This document shows positions 1-13,410 of a stretch of 64,000 nt of DNA, one piece after another. The notes beneath the pieces are model-generated. The model made no database searches, was not told the DNA's origin, and saw only the letters and a program-made list of their open reading frames with translations. How positions within the stretch are numbered: position 1 is the stretch's first letter; every line of letters begins with the position of its first letter. The stretch is from Eledone cirrhosa (lineage: Eukaryota), in the NCBI GenBank assembly GCA_964016885.1, contig OZ024750.1, forward strand, positions 34,472,001 through 34,536,000. Reading direction: 5' to 3'. The translations under genes and the position numbers were made by a program.

Positions 1-364
1 TGGCTAGGTGGGAGTTAGTGTAGTGAGTGTAGCTGTAAGAATTAGATTCCCTTATTAACCTGACATCATTACACAGTGAGAAGTCGGTGGTCATGTGATA
101 TTGATATAGAATAACATAAATATGTATGTGTGTCTATCAGTAGACGTGTGTGTGTATATATATGTATATTATATGTTTGTATGTATATAAGTGTGTATAT
201 ATATATATGTATATTTATATTATATATGTATATGTGTGTATGTGTATGTATATATTTATATGTATATATATGTGTGTTTATATATGTATGTGTGTGTATA
301 TATATGTGTATTATATATATATATATGTGTATTATATACATATGTATATATATATGTATATATA

Positions 365-706
365 TGGAGGCACATGGCTTAGTGGTTAGAGCATTGGCCT
401 TGCAATCGAAAGGTTGTGAGTTCAATTCTCAGACCGGGTAATGTGTTGTGTCCTTGAGCAAGACACTTTATTTCACATTGCTCCAGTTAACTCAGCTGTA
501 GAAATGAGATGATAGGACTGGGGTCCCTATCATTCCACTGCAAAGTGGTCATGGAGGTGCCACGGCAAAAAAGCACCCAGCACTCACTGTAAATGAGGTT
601 GGTGTTAGGAAGGGCATCCAGCTGTAGAAATCAAGTCAGAATCAGTTCCCGTCCCACCCTTGCAAGCAGGGAAAAGCGGACATAAAATGATGATGATGAT
701 GATGAT
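365..706 (+). mobile_element. tRNA-derived SINE family A (CORE-like centre, RTE-type 3' tail ending in (ATG)n)
   Basis: A box TGGCTTAGTGG, B box GAGTTCAATTC, central GTGTCCTTGAGCAAGACACTT, tail GGAAGGGCATCCAGCTGTAGAAA...(TGA)n. Near-identical copies recur in the window. Confidence 0.88.
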
Positions 707-754
707 ATATGTGTGTATGTATATATATTATATATATGTGTATTATATGTATAT

Positions 755-785
<31 letters not shown>

Positions 786-879
786 TATATATATGTGTGT
801 ATGTTCAAGCACATTCCCAGAGTTTAGTATATATTTTATTTTAGTTTATTATCTACTATATATTATAATATTTTATTTT

Positions 880-1170
880 ATTAAATAACTAGTATATATT
901 ATATTTTAGTTTATTAACTAACTAATATATATTATATTGTAGTTTAACTAACTAGTATATATTATAGTATTGTAGTTTAATTAACTAGTATATATTATAT
1001 TGTAGTTTAACTAACTAGTGTATATTATAATATTGTAGTTTAACTAACTAGTATATATTATAATATTGTAGTTTAACTAACTAGTATATATTATATTGTA
1101 GTTTAACTAACTAGTATATATTATAATATTGTAGTTTAACTAACTAATATATATTATAATATTGTAGTGT
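880..1170. repeat. AT-rich minisatellite, ~30-33 bp unit (TATTGTAGTTTAACTAACTAGTATATATTATAA)
   Basis: About 8 imperfect tandem copies visible. Confidence 0.85.
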
Positions 1171-2361
1171 ATTACCATGTTGTACTAAATGAAATATAAT
1201 GTCTTGATTAAATAATTTCCAACTTATTAAAACAATATAAATAATAAGTTTTACAATATTCAATTCTGTTTGAAAGAAAAAACAATCTAAGAAAAGTTAT
1301 AATGAGGAGATATTTCTATTGAATAAATGTTAAATAGAAAAATAATAGTTTGAATTAAGAAATATGTGGCTATTTCTAAACTTTTCAAATGCATGAAATT
1401 TAATGATTGTATTTTCATTTTATTAAAAATTATATAACAATAAAAAATTAATAAATAAATATAAATATAATAATAATTTTTTAAAAATATAGAAAAATGT
1501 TGGTAACAATCAGATATCACATGAATTGTTATGATTTGTTATCACAGGTAGTTATTTGTTTCATATACAAAGAAACTTTAAATATAACTGCCTTTTGTGT
1601 TTCAAATGTATTTAGACATCTCTATTTGGTTTCAAATATTTTACCAATGAAGATATAATTTAAATAGATATTCTTTTTCAATAGCAAGTGAGAATTATGA
1701 AAAGATTTAAATGTCTTTATTATATGCCATTTTTCCATTCCTACTTCCTTCATATTGTTCTAGAATTATTATGTCTAAATTTCGCAATATTTTTCTTTTC
1801 TTCTCTTTGTTGATAAAATTAATCTGAGAGAGTTACATTAAGTTTTTTTTTTTTAGAGTTTATTTATTTATTCATTTTATATAAATCAATATCGTAATGT
1901 ATTATGAAAGATTTTTAGTGATATCTAAAGCCAGGTGGTTATTTTCACAGAATAGAATTGTTTAAGTTAGTGGGGGGTGGGGGTGATATGTGACTGAACA
2001 ATACTGCTTAGATTTACATGAAATAACATCACAATTACAGTAATAATATTGCTCATATAAGATTATACAATAAATGTAAGAACTAGCTTTACATAATTCT
2101 ATTGAAAATTAATTCAAAGTTAAATAACATAAGATAGGGAACTTCAATAGAATAAAGGTACTTGGAGAAGAATTGCGGGGAATATAACTGGAGTAACACA
2201 AATGAAAGTGTTTATAACATAAACAATAGAAAATATGTTTACTAGATTTCTAGAAGCCAAAACAGCGACATTTTTTATATTCTTTTCAGAGGTCAAAGTA
2301 ATAAGGGTCAAAGTAAACCCTGTTCTTGGAATTAGTTGGGAATTCTTAGATTCTGAATGTT

Positions 2362-2572
2362 TTCTGATTTAGGCACAAGGCCACACATTTGGAGGAGGGA
2401 AAAGTTGATAATATTGACTCCAGTGTGTTACTGGTGCTTCATTTCATCGACCCTGTAAGAATGAATAGCAAAGCTAACCTTGGCCGTATTTGAACTCGGA
2501 ATGTCAAGGGACGTAGCTATGTGCTCAAAGCATGTCCGAGCCTCTACTGATGACTGCCAATCCACTGCCCTT
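2362..2572 (-). mobile_element. SINE family B (Nin/Deu-domain-like), diverged copy
   Basis: Reverse-complement similarity to 11935-12128. Confidence 0.7.
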
Positions 2573-2648
2573 AGATTAAGAATAATAAAAATATTAATAA
2601 CCCTTTAGTTAAGTTGAAAATATATTGAAACTAGATGGTTCTTCTGTG

Positions 2649-2867
2649 TTAACCCTTTAGCATTTACATTACTCTATATATATACTATTGTGTATTTTGT
2701 GGTAAAGGCTTTATCTTACATAATATCGAAGCTACAAGATTTTGATGTTATTTATTTTGAGAACAATACCTTAACATTAATATGAGCAGCCAGTTATGGC
2801 TGGTTTAAACAAACAAAGGTGAGAGAATTATGGCTGGATATAACCGGTTTGATTGCTAAAGTGTTAA
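2649..2867. mobile_element. piggyBac-type MITE
   Basis: TTAA-CCCTTTAGCATTT...TGCTAAAGTG-TTAA ends; same family as 17986-18204. Confidence 0.75.
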
Positions 2868-4595
2868 GGCAATGTTTGTTTTACTTGAAGAGACTGAAAG
2901 GGATAAAAAGATAGATTCCTTAGAATCAAGCTACCAATTCTAAGCAAACAGTAAATTCTTAAATAATTTCTCTTGAAACTTTCCCAGTAAATTCTAGTGT
3001 TGGCAACACTGCATGAAAACACTTGTATTTTCCTTTATAGCTTTCCCTGCTAGCAAGGGTTGGCCTGCGTAGACCTGTCCAACCCTCACTAGCAGTGAAA
3101 GCAGGCATTAAGATGATGATGATATTCCATCTCTAGAAAACTGTTAACTCTCCCCAGGGTTCCATATCTTACATATTCGGAATAATAGATCAGCAATCAA
3201 TATTACAAGATTTATAGAGGCAGTTTATTGGAACGTTATAGTTAAGCAGGATTTTGAGGGAGGAGCTTATTTGAACAAAAAAGTGTTGCTAATAATAAAG
3301 CAGCTCATGGGATTCCATGACATACAAATAATTTGCTTCTTTCAAAGGAATTATTTCCAGCAGAATTGCATGGAATGCTACCTTTTATTCTAAGACAAGT
3401 CATTTTCCGACAAGATAAAAACAATATAAATATATATATAAATAATACAACAAAAAATAACAAAATAAAAAATGAAATAAGAAATCGAAAAATAAAAAAA
3501 ATAAAATAAGAAAATGAAAAAGTGTAATACATCAAAAGAAGAGTTAGGGGGGGAATAAAAGAAAAGAAACAATTTGACAAGAAAGTGACATGTTCATCAA
3601 ATATAGGCTTTAGAGCTGGTGAGTGATGATTAGAGCAACAGATGAGATTGTGTGTGAATTGTGTGAGTATTCTGACATTTGTCAAGCAATTAAACCAGCA
3701 ATCTTTGTTTCAGAATAAATCTTTAAAAACAACAACAAATACAAAAGAGAAGAGATATGCTATTAAAATATAATGATTTATATAGTTTCTTTTAATAAAA
3801 GTATGAAACACTTGAAGGATAATGTAAAAAGGAAAGACTTTTGATTTGAAATATATTATAAGAAAAAGTCAAAGCTAAGCACAAAGTCAATTAGCGTCTG
3901 ATTTAGCTTTGGGAATTACAGGAGTTAGTTTAATTGCGGAAAGAGTGAAATCTATCTATCTTAACGGTAAGTCTGTTTGAAAAATCTATTTCAGAAAGAA
4001 GAGGATGTTGGTGGGAGAGCAAACACTTGATAAAAGACATTTTTGTCATATAGTTCAGGAATAATAAGATAAACTCAGGGATGCAATAAAACTAGGTTGT
4101 AATAGTTTCATGCTTCAGAATGGAGATAAATGTTTCACTGTATTGGACAGTAGTCCTTCATCAGAAAACAGCAGAGTTTGGAGTAAGAGGAGGTTGGAGA
4201 GAAAAAAAAAAACAACAACCCCAAAAAGGAGCTTTTTAAAGCTGGATGGGGAGGGCTAGTAAGTAGTCTGACATGTGAGGGTAGGTGGGCTAAGGTGGAG
4301 TGTCCAGAGCCTATCAATGGAGTTGTTATGTGTCATAGAAATGTCTCTCTGATTTCTGTTTACAGATCTTTGTAACGAGATGTAGACCAGTTTTTATATT
4401 TAATCCATTCAGTTTCTAACATAAGTTCTCTATCTTGTTACAACCAGCCATCCTATCTCTTGTTATGGCCAACACAGCTTCCTAATGCCGCTCTATTGTA
4501 TCCAGTCAAACAGCTCTTATCACCTTACTTAACAAACGACAATTCTTTCTTATTTCTCAATAGTTTACTGCTTTTTGTCTTTATTGAAATAAAGT

Positions 4596-4626
<31 letters not shown>

Positions 4627-4767
4627 GCACACACCACACACACACCACGTCCATTTTCCCATGCTGGCATGGGTTAGACGAGTTATCCTGTTGTGAGCAA
4701 TGCTAGGTCAGATGACCATGTCATGCTCATACAGAACTGATTCTACAGCTGGATGCCCTTCCTATAT

Positions 4768-4867
4768 ACAGGGTGTCCACCCAAAATGTATACATACTTT
4801 GATTACTTGTGCAGGCAATATTCATTAGAATGCTGTTGAAGTATGTATACATTTTTGGGGGACACAG
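4768..4867. mobile_element. Short Tc1/mariner-type MITE
   Basis: TA-CAGGGTGTCCACCCAAAATGTATACATAC ... GTATGTATACATTTTTGGGGGACAC inverted ends. Confidence 0.6.
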
Positions 4868-6485
4868 TTTTATATTTTACAATAAGATAACTTCATCATG
4901 CACAAAAGATTAAGTAGACTTTCTGGTTGATATGAGATGTATATGACCTTATTTAACACAGTTGTAAGACAGTGAGATATGACCTAACTTATTTAACACA
5001 GGTTTATGACAGTGAGATATGACCTAACTTATTTAACACGGGTTTATGACAGTGTGAAATAAAACAGAAATATAAAAACGACTGATTGTTGCTGTTGGTG
5101 TCAAAGTAAATCACAACAAACCAAATAATTAAATATTTTGACAGAATCCATGTTAAATGTGACTAGATGCAATATAAAGAATGAAAAAAATTAAAAAAGT
5201 TTTCAAAACATTAAAAAGAAAACAAATTACATCTTTTAGTTCTTTGAAATCATAAACAATGAAAATGACTAAAAATAAAGTCCATATTTAAATAATTTTC
5301 ACTGATTTATATTTTCTGCTTCAATAAATTAAGACAAAGTTGGTAATAATTTTTTTAACCCTTCAACATTACTCTATATATATACTATTGTATTTTCACA
5401 ATAAAGGCTTTACCTCACATAATTATCCCACATAATCTTGTTTTAGATTACTGAGATCTACCCATTGGTGATTTTGTATAAGATATTCTATATATATATT
5501 TCAATATATACATATTTCAAATGAATGTATTAATACAAACAAAGCATAGGAACATGACCTAGTCACCTGACTGGTCTGGCCCATGCTTGCATGGCAAATA
5601 AATGTTAAACGTTGATGACGATGATTTTAGTTTAAAATAAAATGTGACATAAGGCATAAGGTTGTGTATTGTATTTATTTCATTTTTATTGAAGACTGTG
5701 TATCAACATTAGACTAAAACATAAACACCATTAAATTCATGCATGTGTGTAAATTTACACATTTTCTTTAGCTTAGTTGAATTTAACGATATTATTTGTT
5801 TATCATCAGACACTGGTTCAGATGTTTCTCTTTTATTATCAAATAATTTGTTCCCTAGATACACCACAACCATCATTATAATTTTAAACCTGTTATTCAA
5901 AGATAAAGAACTACACCTGTGTCCCTCAGACCTAGCCAATCATTGGTTTAGAGTTTCTTCCTTACATGGAGTCTACTTAACAAACTATTATAAATTATGA
6001 CTTTATCACTTAATGGCTTTTTTTTTTTTTTTGACACATTGGAAATCATTTCTCCATCACTCACCAATGTTTTCTTATCTATGAATGCCTTGACTTCAAC
6101 AAAGCTGTCAGTTTTTTTCTTACAAACCTTCTCCCAGTCAAATAAATTTATTCACACATCAGGTCACTTCCAAATGCAGCTAAATGCTTAAAACACATTG
6201 TACAATAATCATTTCTACTTTATGCACAAGGCCAACAATTTGAAGTGGAAGAAAAAGTGAATTAAATTGACCCCTGTACATTACTGGTATTTTGTTTATC
6301 AAACATATAAGAATGAAAGGCAAAGCTAACCTCAGCCTTTCATGTTCTATAATTACATACTACATCCTAAATTCTAAATTATTCGTTTAAAATAATTACT
6401 CCATAATTCTAAACATAAAATTGTTCTTTCACCAATTTTATGCTGTTCTCAATTTTTAATTGTTTTCTCAACAATTAAAAGAATT

Positions 6486-6718
6486 ATTGTTATACTTTGG
6501 GAGGGTCATGTTGCCAATAAGAAACACACGCAACTTTCACTTCAATTTATTATATATTTATAAATTTATAAATTTATAAATATATAATAAATTGAAGTGA
6601 AAGCAACTGGTGCGTGTGTTTCTTATTGGCAACATGACCCTCCCAAAGTATAACAATATCGGTTTCAACACACGATTTCAGATAAAGAATCTTGCTAAAC
6701 AAATTCAGAAACGAAATA
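6486..6718 (+). mobile_element. Short fold-back copy of the 3' end of the PLE family at 48379-53240
   Basis: Right arm and tail near-identical to ~53088-53240; left part (6486-~6560) is the inverted copy. Confidence 0.9.
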
Positions 6719-6774
6719 AAAGAATTATATTTTTCTAATAAAAATAAAAGCATTATAAGCCCTCAAGTAATTCT

Positions 6775-7020
6775 TTTTCTTCTTCGCCCACTTATTCCTG
6801 AGAGGGTCATGGCAGAAGAGTCCTCAAACATTCTCTCCAGCAGCTACTATCAGAAGCATCCGTCTCAAACCGGTCCAGTTGAATCCCGAAGCCAGGCTCA
6901 TGGATGTTATCCAACCACCTTGCTCGAGGTATAGCTCTAGGTCATGTGCCGGTTGGTTTTGCCCATAAAATCTGTCCAGCGATTCTTTCCTGAGACATTC
7001 TAACCACATGCCCATAGTAA
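6775..7020 (-). mobile_element. LINE (RTE-like) 3' end fragment; same family at 12985-13130, 14427-14680, 24445-24740, 40250-40455
   Basis: Copies encode the YYGHVVRMSQER...KPTGRRPRGRP..WLD C-terminal motif and end in (GAA)n. Confidence 0.7.
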
Positions 7021-7969
7021 TTGATTTATTAAATATTATTATATCTTTTTATCTATTCTGAGTTCAAATCCTGCCAAGGTCAACTTTGCCTTTCATCCTT
7101 ACGGGGTCGATAAAATAAAGTACCAGTAATGTACTGGGTATTTGCTGGCCTTGTGCCAAAAGTAGAAACAATTATATCTGTTTATCAATTTACCATACAT
7201 ACTTGAATATAAGCCGAGAAATATGTGACAAAATAATCACTGGTAAAACGTTGGGTGACTTATATTCGATGGTAATATTTTATCAACTTTCACCATCTTC
7301 AAAATTCTACGTAAATGAGGTGCTAAAATATTTCCACTTTGAAAGTGCACACCGGTTTAACTTTGGAGGTGAACTTTCTATTGTTTCTTTTATGTATTTT
7401 GAATGAATATGGCCTTCAAAATGGTTGGAAATTGGTAAAAAATCATGTAATGGAGTTGTGAAACAAAAACTATATTCTTAACCACACTTAAAACATTTTA
7501 AATATCAAAATTTTAAAACTTCATAAATATATTCTCCACTCAATAAAACATAATGTGTTGATTAGCTGCCTCAGCTTATAAATGGAATTTGGATTTTTGC
7601 CCATTTTTTCAGACATAAAAATAGAGGTTGGCAGGTTTATATTGAAATATATATGGTAAATATTTCTATCAGCAATCAGTAAAGTTAAATATCGCGTCAT
7701 GATTCTGATATAATTTATTTTCTATAGTTTGCTATTAGATTTGGAGGTTTCTACTTAGTACTTCATAAATATTTTTTTGTTTACAATTACAAATGTGCAA
7801 ATTTTATTATTTAATTATAGCAAAGCATTTATGTTACATCAAATATTTCTATTAATATATATCCCATATTTTTAATTTTTAGCATATTAATTCAGGGGCT
7901 GTTTAGCTCAGTGGTTAAAGCAGTTAGCCAGTATTTGAAAAATATGAGGTTCAATTCTTGTAGTGACTG

Positions 7970-8011
<42 letters not shown>

Positions 8012-8111
8012 TTATATATATATATTTATATTTATATATATATAAATATATAAATATATATATATATAAATAAATATATATATATATAAATATATAAATA
8101 TATATATTTAT

Positions 8112-8530
8112 ATCATCATCATCATTTTACGTCCGCTTTTCCCTGCTTGCAAGGGTGGGACGGGTTTTATTCAGCACAGCATCTCTCCACTTGTCATGGT
8201 CCTTCGTCATCTCCACCGTGAGCTTCAGTAATCTGTGGTCTGTTCTCACCACCTCCGCCCATGTTTTTCATGGTCTACTTCTACCACGACTTCCTTCTCC
8301 TGGCACTTCTTCACCCATTGGTCATCCTCCATGCGCATCACATGTCCATACCACCGCAGTCTCCTCTCTTGCACACTACATTCTATCCCTCTCAGACACA
8401 GTTTCTCTCTCAACACATCCATGCTGGGTCGTTCACGCACATTGACGTTGCACATCCAACGGAGCATGCTTGTATCATTTCTCTCCAGTCGTCACATATC
8501 CTCTGCAGTTGCTGCGCAAGTCTCACTACC
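8112..8530 (-). mobile_element. RTE LINE 3' fragment
   Basis: ORF 8246-8467 MLRWMCNV...RRLRWYGHVMRM, followed by (ATG)n tail. Confidence 0.85.
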
Positions 8531-8608
8531 ATATATATATATTTATATATTTAATTATTTATATATATTATTTATATATATATATATATATTTATATATT
8601 TAAATATT

Positions 8609-8644
<36 letters not shown>

Positions 8645-8671
8645 TACATATATATATATTTATATATATAT

Positions 8672-9004
8672 TGGAGACACATGGCTTAGTGGTTAGAGCA
8701 TTCGTCTAGCAATCGAAAGGTTGTGAGTTCAATTCTCAGACCGGGTTATGTGTTGTTTCCTTGAGCAAGACACTTTATTTCACATTGCTCCAGTTTACTC
8801 AGCTGTAGAAATGAGATGATAGGACTGGGGTCCCTATCATTCCAGTGCAAAGTGGTTGTGGAGGTGCCATGGCAAAAAAGCACCCAGCCCTCACTGTAAA
8901 TGAGGTTGGTGTTAGGAAGGCCATCCAGCTGTAGAAATCAAGCCAGAATCAGTTCCTGTCCCACCCTTGCAAGCAAAGAAAAGCGGACGTAAAATGATGA
9001 TGAT
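8672..9004 (+). mobile_element. SINE family A
   Basis: Near-identical to 365-706. Confidence 0.88.
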
Positions 9005-9006
9005 TA

Positions 9007-9048
<42 letters not shown>

Positions 9049-9049
9049 A

Positions 9050-10300
9050 TAGGAAGACAATTTAGAGTTGTATGACATAGATGATAACTGGAATTTCTTG
9101 CGTGACAACTTACTGCAGGCTACTGAAGAAACTTGTGGTTGAGGCAGAGCTTCAACCAGACAGAGAGTGACCTGGTGGTGGAAAAGCACGGTAGATAGGG
9201 CCGTTAGAAGCTAGACGTCAGGTGTACTTAGCACGTAGGGAGGCTGAGAGTAGGAGGTTTGCCAATGTTCTGCGACGGGAAGATCAGAGACATGCGGTGT
9301 TCCGCAAAGCAGTGTGTCGGTGCAAATCAGGATGTTGTTGGAGATAAATGTGTCCGGGATGATGCTGGTGTACTTAGTGTCATGAATGATCAAAAAAAGG
9401 ATGCCATGAAATGTCATTATGAGAGACTGAGGAATGTGGAGAACGAATGGGAGAGAGGGAAACTATCCCCAGTAGACCTGACAGAGGGACCAGCTATTGA
9501 GATTGATGAATTATAGGGTACAAGAGGTGATTAAGGAAATGAAGAATGGTAAGGCTGCTGGACTGTCAGGGATAGTTGCTGAGATGCTGAAGGCATCAAG
9601 AGAAGTAGGCACTAAACTGGTTGCATGCATCGTTAAACAAGCTATATATGGTGGTGTCATACCCAAAGACTGGTGCAGCAGCATTCTCATAAATTGCTAC
9701 AAAGGTAAAGGGGATGCTCTGGAGAGGACCAATTATAGGGGCATAAAGCTGATGGATCAGGTTATGAAAGTGGCAGAGAGAATATTAGCGCAACTGATTA
9801 GAGAAAGGGTCAAATTAGATGAGATGCAGTTTGGCTTTGTTCCTCGGAAAAGTACAACAGATGCCCTCTTCTTGGTGAGACAACCACAAGAGAGGTTCTT
9901 AGCGAAGAATAAGCCACTATACTTAGCTTTTGTTGACCTAGAGAAGGCCTTTGATAGGGTACCCCGATCTGTCATCTGGTGGTCCCTAAGGAAACTAGGT
10001 GTAGAGGAATGGCTTGTGAGGACAGTGCAAGCTATGTACAGAGGTGCTGTCAGTAAAGTGAGAGTAGGAATGGAGTTTAGTGAGGAATTCCAGATACAAG
10101 TAGGTGTACATCAGGGTTTGGTCCTCAGCCCGCTCTTGTTCATTATAGTTCTCCAAGCCATAACAGAGGAGTTTAAGACTGGATGCCCATGGGAACTTCT
10201 CTATGCTGATGATCTGGTTCTTATAGCAGAATCAGTAGAGGATGTAGAGAATAAATTCTGGCTATGGAAACAGCAGTTGGAATACAAAGGACTGAGAGGG
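9050..10300 (+). pseudogene. RTE-clade non-LTR retrotransposon reverse transcriptase fragment (disrupted, truncated)
   Basis: NYRGIKL, QFGFVP, FVDLEKAFDRVPR, GVHQGLVLSPLLF, LLYADDLVL motifs; frameshifts upstream; ends at the mariner junction. Confidence 0.92.
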
Positions 10301-10652
10301 AACATTTCAGTACGACCGGCTGTAAACTCTCTCCATCACTTGCGAATGTTTTTGACATCCATGCACGACTGTCCATACACTTCCGTCAATTGGCGATGAA
10401 TTTCAATCGGTTCAATGCCTTTTGCATTCAAAAACCGAATAACTGCGCGAACTTCGCACTTGGCGGTAGTATTCAACGGGAGCTCCATTCTGAACGGCTG
10501 CCAAGCCAAGATTGAGCATCCCAGCGAAGCGCACGCATGCTTGTTTGGGAGTGAAGAAAGCACCAATCACAACAGTGTTGCCAACAGCTGTATGAACAGT
10601 TTCTCTGCGTCCCCATCGCTTTGGAGATCTTACTTTTGGGATTGCCCTCGTA
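10301..10652 (-). mobile_element. mariner transposon 5' fragment (TIR plus N-terminal HTH of transposase)
   Basis: EVRAVIRFLNAKGIEPIEIHRQLTEVYG HTH; terminus TA-CGAGGGCAATCCCAAAAGTAAG on the minus strand. Confidence 0.85.
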
Positions 10653-11353
10653 CTTGGTGTGGCAATAAAGTCTTTAGAATGGTAGGCTGTGTGCCATATA
10701 TAGCAGTAAATGTAGTTAATATTAGTTGGAATTTGAACTTTGTTGTACACGTGTGATATTCTGTATGAATGCCGTATTTTGTCACAGGTCCATGCATAAG
10801 TATTTTGCTGGATTTAAGTCAAGAAAATTTAACCGCATATCTTTACATTGAATGGAAACAAGGCAAATCAGCAACAGATATTATTGCACCATTCAAGGAG
10901 AGTGGAATTAACAATGTTCCAGCAAATTCAATCATTTATCATTGGGTGAAACAATACAAAGATGGCAGTAGAACATCACTTATTGATACTCCTCGTTCTG
11001 GCTGCCTTTGCACAACCACTATTCATGCCAACATTCAACTCATTCAAAGTTTCATTGATGCAGAACCAAAACAATCATTGTGTTGCATTGCACATGTTGC
11101 TGGAATAAACAAAGAAAATTTGTTCTCGCTTCATTAGAAGAGGCACTGGATAAAGTGTTGCACTGGATGAATCGTTTGACTGATTTCGACAATTGCCAAA
11201 GGAACAGTTCCAGAAAGAGTTAAATGCTTTCCATAAGCACTGTAAAGATGTTATTGCATTCAGTGGAGATTATGTTTTTCAGAAAATGTTAGTGTCAGCA
11301 TGTTGTGCATTTTCATTTAAAGGGTTATTCTAAAGACTTTATTGCCACGCCAA

Positions 11354-11356
<3 letters not shown>
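10651..11356 (+). mobile_element. Internally deleted mariner element with both TIRs
   Basis: TA-CTTGGTGTGGCAATAAAGTCTTTAGAAT ... ATTCTAAAGACTTTATTGCCACGCCAAG-TA; ORF 10769-11137 with the IYHWVKQYKDGSRTSLIDTPRSG mariner HTH signature. Confidence 0.85.
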
Positions 11357-11435
<79 letters not shown>

Positions 11436-11934
11436 TATGCATCATTATATACATTACTTGAAGAAAACATGTTCATTTACAGATGTGAATTTCAAATCAC
11501 ATTATTTTATCTGCAACATTTTAAAGCAAATGAAATATAATTTCAGATATATTGTTTTCATCAACACATAATCATATTTTTATTTATGTCAATATATTAT
11601 ATATATTTTATATTTTTAATGTTATATTAAGCTTCATTAGAGTCTTCTGCTTTTACTTTCTCTTCTATTAGCATTCTATTATCATTATAGAAAATATAAA
11701 TATTTCTTATTGCAGTTCTCATTACATTAATTCTGTTTACAGAAGATTTTCATTTTTCCTATTAATAACTGACTTATTTTTTGTTATTTACTTTAATATT
11801 TTCAGTCTCTCTTGATGCTAGATAAATCAACAAATTAATTGTAGCTCCCTATAGTCTTTCTTCTATTTACTTCTTCAATATAGCTATATAAATCATTAAA
11901 TGATTCTATAGAGAAGTTTCCATCATTATTATTC

Positions 11935-12860
11935 TGGCGGTAGATTGGCAGTATCGGTAGAGGGTCGGACGCCATGCTTTGACGCATAGAGTTACGGTCC
12001 TTGCCATTCTGAGTTCAAATCCCGCCGAGGTTTACTTTGCCTTTCATCCTTACGGGGTCGATAAAATAAAGTACCAGTAATGCACAGGGTAATTGCTGGC
12101 CTTGTGCCAAAAGTAGAAACAATTATTATTCTGGCTAGAGAATGTTGAACAACATGCTTTGTTGCATATAGTAACGGCCCTTTATATTCTCAACTCAAAT
12201 CCTGCCGAAGTTAGCTTTGCCTTTCATCCTTATGGGGTCAATAAAATAAAGGAACTAGGGTTGATTTAATTTTTCTTGCAAAAAAATTGTTGGCTTTGTG
12301 CCTAAGTCAGAAACCATTATTATGGTATAATAGGGTGGTGGATTGGTAGTATTGGTGGCATTGGACATGCTTTGGGGCATATAGTTAGTCCTTTACATTC
12401 TTAGTTTCAAATCCTACCGAGGTCAGCTTTGCCTTTCATCCTTACGGGGTTGATAAAATAAAGCACCAGTAATACACTGAGGTCGATAAAATTGACTTTG
12501 CAACATATAGTTACATACATTTATGTTTTGAGTTCAAATCCTGTTGAGGTTAGCTTTGCCTTTCATCCTTACAGTGTCAATAAAATAAAGTACCAGTAAC
12601 ACACTGGGGTTGATTTAATTGACTTTCCCCACTTCCCTTCAAAATTGCTGGCCTTGTACCAAAAGGTACAAAAGGGCAATGGATTGGCTGAATTATTAGG
12701 TCCCTGGATAATCTGAATTATTAGGGCCTTTGGAATTTTGGTTCAAATCCCACCAAGATCAACTTTGCCTTTCATCCATCCAGGGTTGATAAAATAAGGT
12801 ACCAGTCAAGAACTGGGGTCAATATAAATTTCTGGCCCTGTGCCAATGTTAGAATTCTTT
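11935..12860 (+). mobile_element. Cluster of ~5 same-orientation SINE family B (Nin/Deu-like) copies
   Basis: Repeated GAGTTCAAATCC B box plus TTGCCTTTCATCCTTACGGGGTCGATAAAATAAAGTACC domain. Other copies at ~7055, 13680, 18832, 21830, 22305, 30168, 30740, 37217, 43082. Confidence 0.85.
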
Positions 12861-13194
12861 TGCTACAAATATTGGTTTGTGTTTGAAGTACAACAATAGC
12901 TACAGAGGTGTACATAAAGTAAACCTTTTCTTCTTTTTCTTTTTCTTTTTCTTTTTCTTTTTCTTTTTCTTCTTCTTGTCATGGGGGCAGAGACCTCAAA
13001 CACTCCCTCTGCTGGGTCCTGTCAGAAGCAACCGTCTCCAACTCATCCGGTTGGATCCCCAAGCGTGAACAGTCAAGCTCATGGATGTTATCCAACCATC
13101 TTGCTCAGGGTCTTCTGCTGGGTCTCCTAAAATAAACAAAAAAAATAAAAATAAAAAAAATCATAGCAAAGAAATATAGAGATATGAGGTGTGA

Positions 13195-13410
13195 TCATCA
13201 TCATCATCATCATCATCATCACATCAGTTGTTCCACACTTGCATGGGTTGGACAGGTCCTTCTCAGTACAGCATCTCTCCACTTGTCGCATTTCTTTGTC
13301 ATCTATTCCATGAGCTTTAGCAATGTGAGATCAGATCTCACCACTTCCATCCAGGTCTTCCTTGGTCTTCCTCTATTGTAGCTTCCTTCCACTTAGATTA
13401 CTTGGCACTT
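13195..13410 (-). mobile_element. RTE LINE 3' end fragment
   Basis: Similar to 8112-8300, with (CAT)n at the start. Confidence 0.7.

Noticed and set aside
365-440. tRNA gene
   Set aside because: A and B boxes belong to the SINE head; it continues into the SINE body and recurs in many copies.
4140-4172. HHR-like CTGATGAAGGAC..GTCC on the minus strand (similar remnant at 37890-37922)
   Set aside because: GAAA or CUGA core is mutated; at most decayed relatives of the 27394 motif.
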